Assembly: GCA_030704615.1 (NCBI GenBank)
Contig: CM060732.1
Span: forward strand, 35,464,001-35,528,000
Origin: Takakia lepidozioides
Lineage: Eukaryota; Plantae; Bryophyta
Length of the DNA: 64,000 nt
Direction of reading: 5' to 3'
Under the pieces are notes generated by a model. The model did no database searches. It saw only the letters and a list, made by a program, of their open reading frames with translations, and had not been told where the DNA came from. This document shows, one piece after another, positions 60,955 to 64,000 of this stretch. A program made the translations under genes and the position numbers. Numbering within the stretch: position 1 is the stretch's first letter; every line of letters starts with the position of its first letter.

Positions 60955-62473
60955 ACCCCCGAATGGAAATTCGGCACCCAATATCCAACAGGGGCCGCAC
61001 GGATGAAGTCGTCTGGGGCAGAGATGCCGGCACCTGTCCGACAAAAAACATCCCCCGGATGGAAATTCAGCGCCGAATTTCCATTCGGATCCACCCAAAA
61101 GAAGTCCTGTCGGGGGGTCAGGCCGAAAACTGGCCGACATAAAAACCTCCGCGGATGGAAAAACGGCGCCGAATTTCCATCCGAGGCCTTTCGGATGCAG
61201 TCGGCTCGGGGGAAAGGCTGCCATCTGGCCCTCACATTACAACCCCCGGACGGAAATTCGGCACCGAATATACAACAGGGGAAGCCCGGATGAAGTCGCC
61301 TCGGGTGCAGAGGCCGGCGCGTGTGCGACAGAGAATATCCCCTGGATGGAGATTCGGCGCCGAATTCCCATCCGGGGCCGTTCCAATGCAGTCGGGGAGG
61401 GGGGAGAGGCCGGTACCTGGCCGTCATATTTCAACCCCCGGACGGAAATTCGGCACCGAATATCCAACAGAGCGGCGAAGAGGCCGACACCTCTCCGACA
61501 GAGACCATCCCCCGGATGGAAATTCGGCGCCGAATTTCCATCGGGGCCCCCTCAAAGGAAGTCGTAAAAACCTCCCAGAATGGAAAAACGGCGCCGAATT
61601 TCCGTCCGAGGCTGTTCCGATTTGCCTCTAGCAGTCAAGGATTCCAAGAAAAACGTGTCTACAAGTGCACTTCAGCCACAAAACAAACAGTTAGGTTTGT
61701 TTTTCTCCGAAAAATCAATCGGACATGCTCAGAATTACCTGCAGGAAGGTAATTCAGTGCTTCGAAATACCTGGCGAATGGAAATTCGGCGCCGAATATC
61801 CATACGCTAGCGATCCGACTTACCTGCTGGATGGAAATTCGGCGCCGGATCTCCATCCATCCGCTCTCCGACCAACCTTGCGGATGGAAATCCGCCGTCG
61901 GATTTCCATCCATCCGCCTCCGAATTACCTGCTTGAGGGAAATTTCGCGTGCCGTCCTACCTGCGCGGATGGAAATCCGGCGCCGGATTTCCATCCATCC
62001 GCTTCGGAATTACCTGCGTGAGGGAAATTTCGCGCGCCGCCCTACCTGTGCGGATGGAAATCCGGCGCCGGATTTCCATCCATCCGCTTCCGAATTACCT
62101 GCGTGAGGGAAAATTTCGCGCGCCGCCCTACCGAATTTGCAGCGCCGACTTACCTGGAGGATGGAAATCCGGCGCCGGATTTCCATCCATCCGCGCTCCG
62201 AATTATCTGCATGATGGAAATTTTGCGCGCCGATCTACCTGGCGGATGGAAATCCGGCGCCGGATTTCCATCCATCCGCACTCCGAATTACCTGCATGAT
62301 GGAAATTTTGCGCGCCGACCTACCTGACGGATGGAAATCCGGCGCCGGATTTCCATCCATCCGCTCTTCAAATTACCTGCATGACTGGAAAAATGGCGCC
62401 GAATTTCCGATTTTGGTGCCAGTCGGATCTGGGACTTAGCCGTTTTCGGCCCCGAACAAGAAAAATGGCGCCG

Positions 62474-62520
<47 letters not shown>

Positions 62521-62694
62521 GCCATTTTTCTAGTTCGGGGCCGAAAACGGCTAAGTCCCAGATCTGACTGGCACCAAAATCGGAAATTCGGCGCCATTTT
62601 TCCATTCATGCAGGTAATTCGAAGAGCGGATGGATGGAAATCCGGCGCCGGATTTCCATCCATCCGCGCTCCGAATTACCTGCATGATGGAAAT
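60955..62694. repeat. Second copy of the nested-palindrome array (opposite orientation)
   Basis: Same 30-bp palindrome and hairpin modules; poly-A loop at 62474-62519. Confidence 0.9.
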
Positions 62695-63817
62695 TAACAG
62701 TCAAGCGGAAAGATGTACGAAGGCAGAGGCAGAAAATGTTGAGCAAGTGAAACTCATTGTCGATATGAAGAATACAATCTGTCGCAATGAGGATACTTTC
62801 AAGCAATATAGGCAGGTTGAAGCTGACCAAGAGAGGCACATCCTGGAGTTACAACAAACGGTCATGGCCAATAGAAATGAAATCTCTGTCGCTAACAAGG
62901 CTCGGAAGGAAGCCAATAATCTGCTTGTTGCCTATGCGAATTTGGTTGAACCTCATGCGAAACGCATGGAGGGTTTACAACAGTAGTTGGATATGTACAA
63001 ACTCAGAGAGGAGCAGACTCTCAGAAGTACCACAAGCAACTTGGTGGATAACCACCTTATGCAGGTCTGGTTAGCACAAGGGCCAGTGGAGGGCAAAGCA
63101 CCACGAAAGCTCACCCAAAGCGAGATGAATGAGCTCAGACTGCAAGTGCAGAACATTGCATTTGGTATAGCTGTTGCTTATGTGCTTCGTGCAACTGGTC
63201 TTGCGCGAGGCCTGCCTCAATCAATTGTTCCTTGGCCAATTGCAAAGCCGTTTCTGTACTCTCCAAGTCTTGCTGCATCTTGAGAGTTACCTCTTCATCG
63301 ACCTTGTTTGCACACTCAGTGGCTAGTCGAGCCTCAAACTCCTTCCTGAGTTCTTCTCTCAAAGCTGTCAATTGGATAGTTGGAACATGTGATTTGACAT
63401 AAGTCCCCAACAAATTAAGTGTCCTGCTTATGGAACTCATAAGCATGGCCTGTTGAGGGTCATCATGGTGAGCTTGCTGCTGTTCTCCCTGATCCTCAAT
63501 AGTGTGATGCCTCACGAACCACTCAGGCCATTGTCCCACCAGATTTTCTTCCTGAATCACTTCATCTGTCACCGGTGCTGCAGTGTCTTGACATTCTACC
63601 TGTGGTACCTCCGGCACAGGTGTGTGTATTATATGCACCGCATGGTTTCCCTTGGACAACTGTTGCACCTCTGGAATCACTGTCTCCTTGACCAGACCAG
63701 AATATTCATAGAGAAGGTCCCCCTTCTCAATTTCTGCCACCACCTGTTCTGTAGTGGGAATATCTAACCCTTCTTTCTCCAAATCAATTATTTCTGGTGG
63801 AACTGCATGGACAAGTT
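62695..63817. pseudogene. Two opposed fragments of the gypsy accessory ORF (62695-63159 plus, 63160-63817 minus)
   Basis: Match ~29930-30390 and ~29145-29805 respectively. Confidence 0.87.
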
Positions 63818-64000
63818 TGAGAGGACCATGAAAGGAAGGTGACGATTGGAGGTTGCCTCTCATTACACATACTTCCTGGTCTCATCCATCCGTACCTACA
63901 TACATCCATCCTAAATCCTAGAAGTAGACCCAATCCATAAAATAATACTAAATTTCAAATTTGAATTTTGAAATTTGAACATGTACAACCTTGTGTATAC

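Overview
This window is eukaryotic, transposon-saturated land-plant DNA, probably from a non-seed plant (inferred from the transposase types). It contains no recognisable host gene, RNA gene or CRISPR array. About 70% of it is one ~13-kb non-chromovirus Ty3/gypsy LTR-retrotransposon family nested into itself. Element A (19710-32700, complete, TSD ACCAC) lies inside B (9394-35196), which lies inside C (51829 to <1, minus strand), which lies inside D (51830-57232). There is also a solo LTR (5302-6397, TSD AGGAG) and a fifth fragment (62695-63817). Every copy is frameshifted, but tiling them gives an unusual architecture. A ~230-aa ORF precedes gag and appears to be under purifying selection. It is followed by what looks like one ~3,500-codon frame in which integrase has no stop and continues through a 10-aa TAYHS repeat into a ~1,500-aa accessory extension. 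The rest of the window is a terminus-less CACTA fragment (2203-9393) and two kinds of Mutator-like transposase. One has a GCM-like N-terminus and sits behind a multi-kb nested-palindrome array. The other resembles the plant SWIM/At4g13970-type family and is split by an inversion with the footprint of reversed-ends transposition. Several other inversions are present. All domain names were assigned by eye from motifs; no database search was run.
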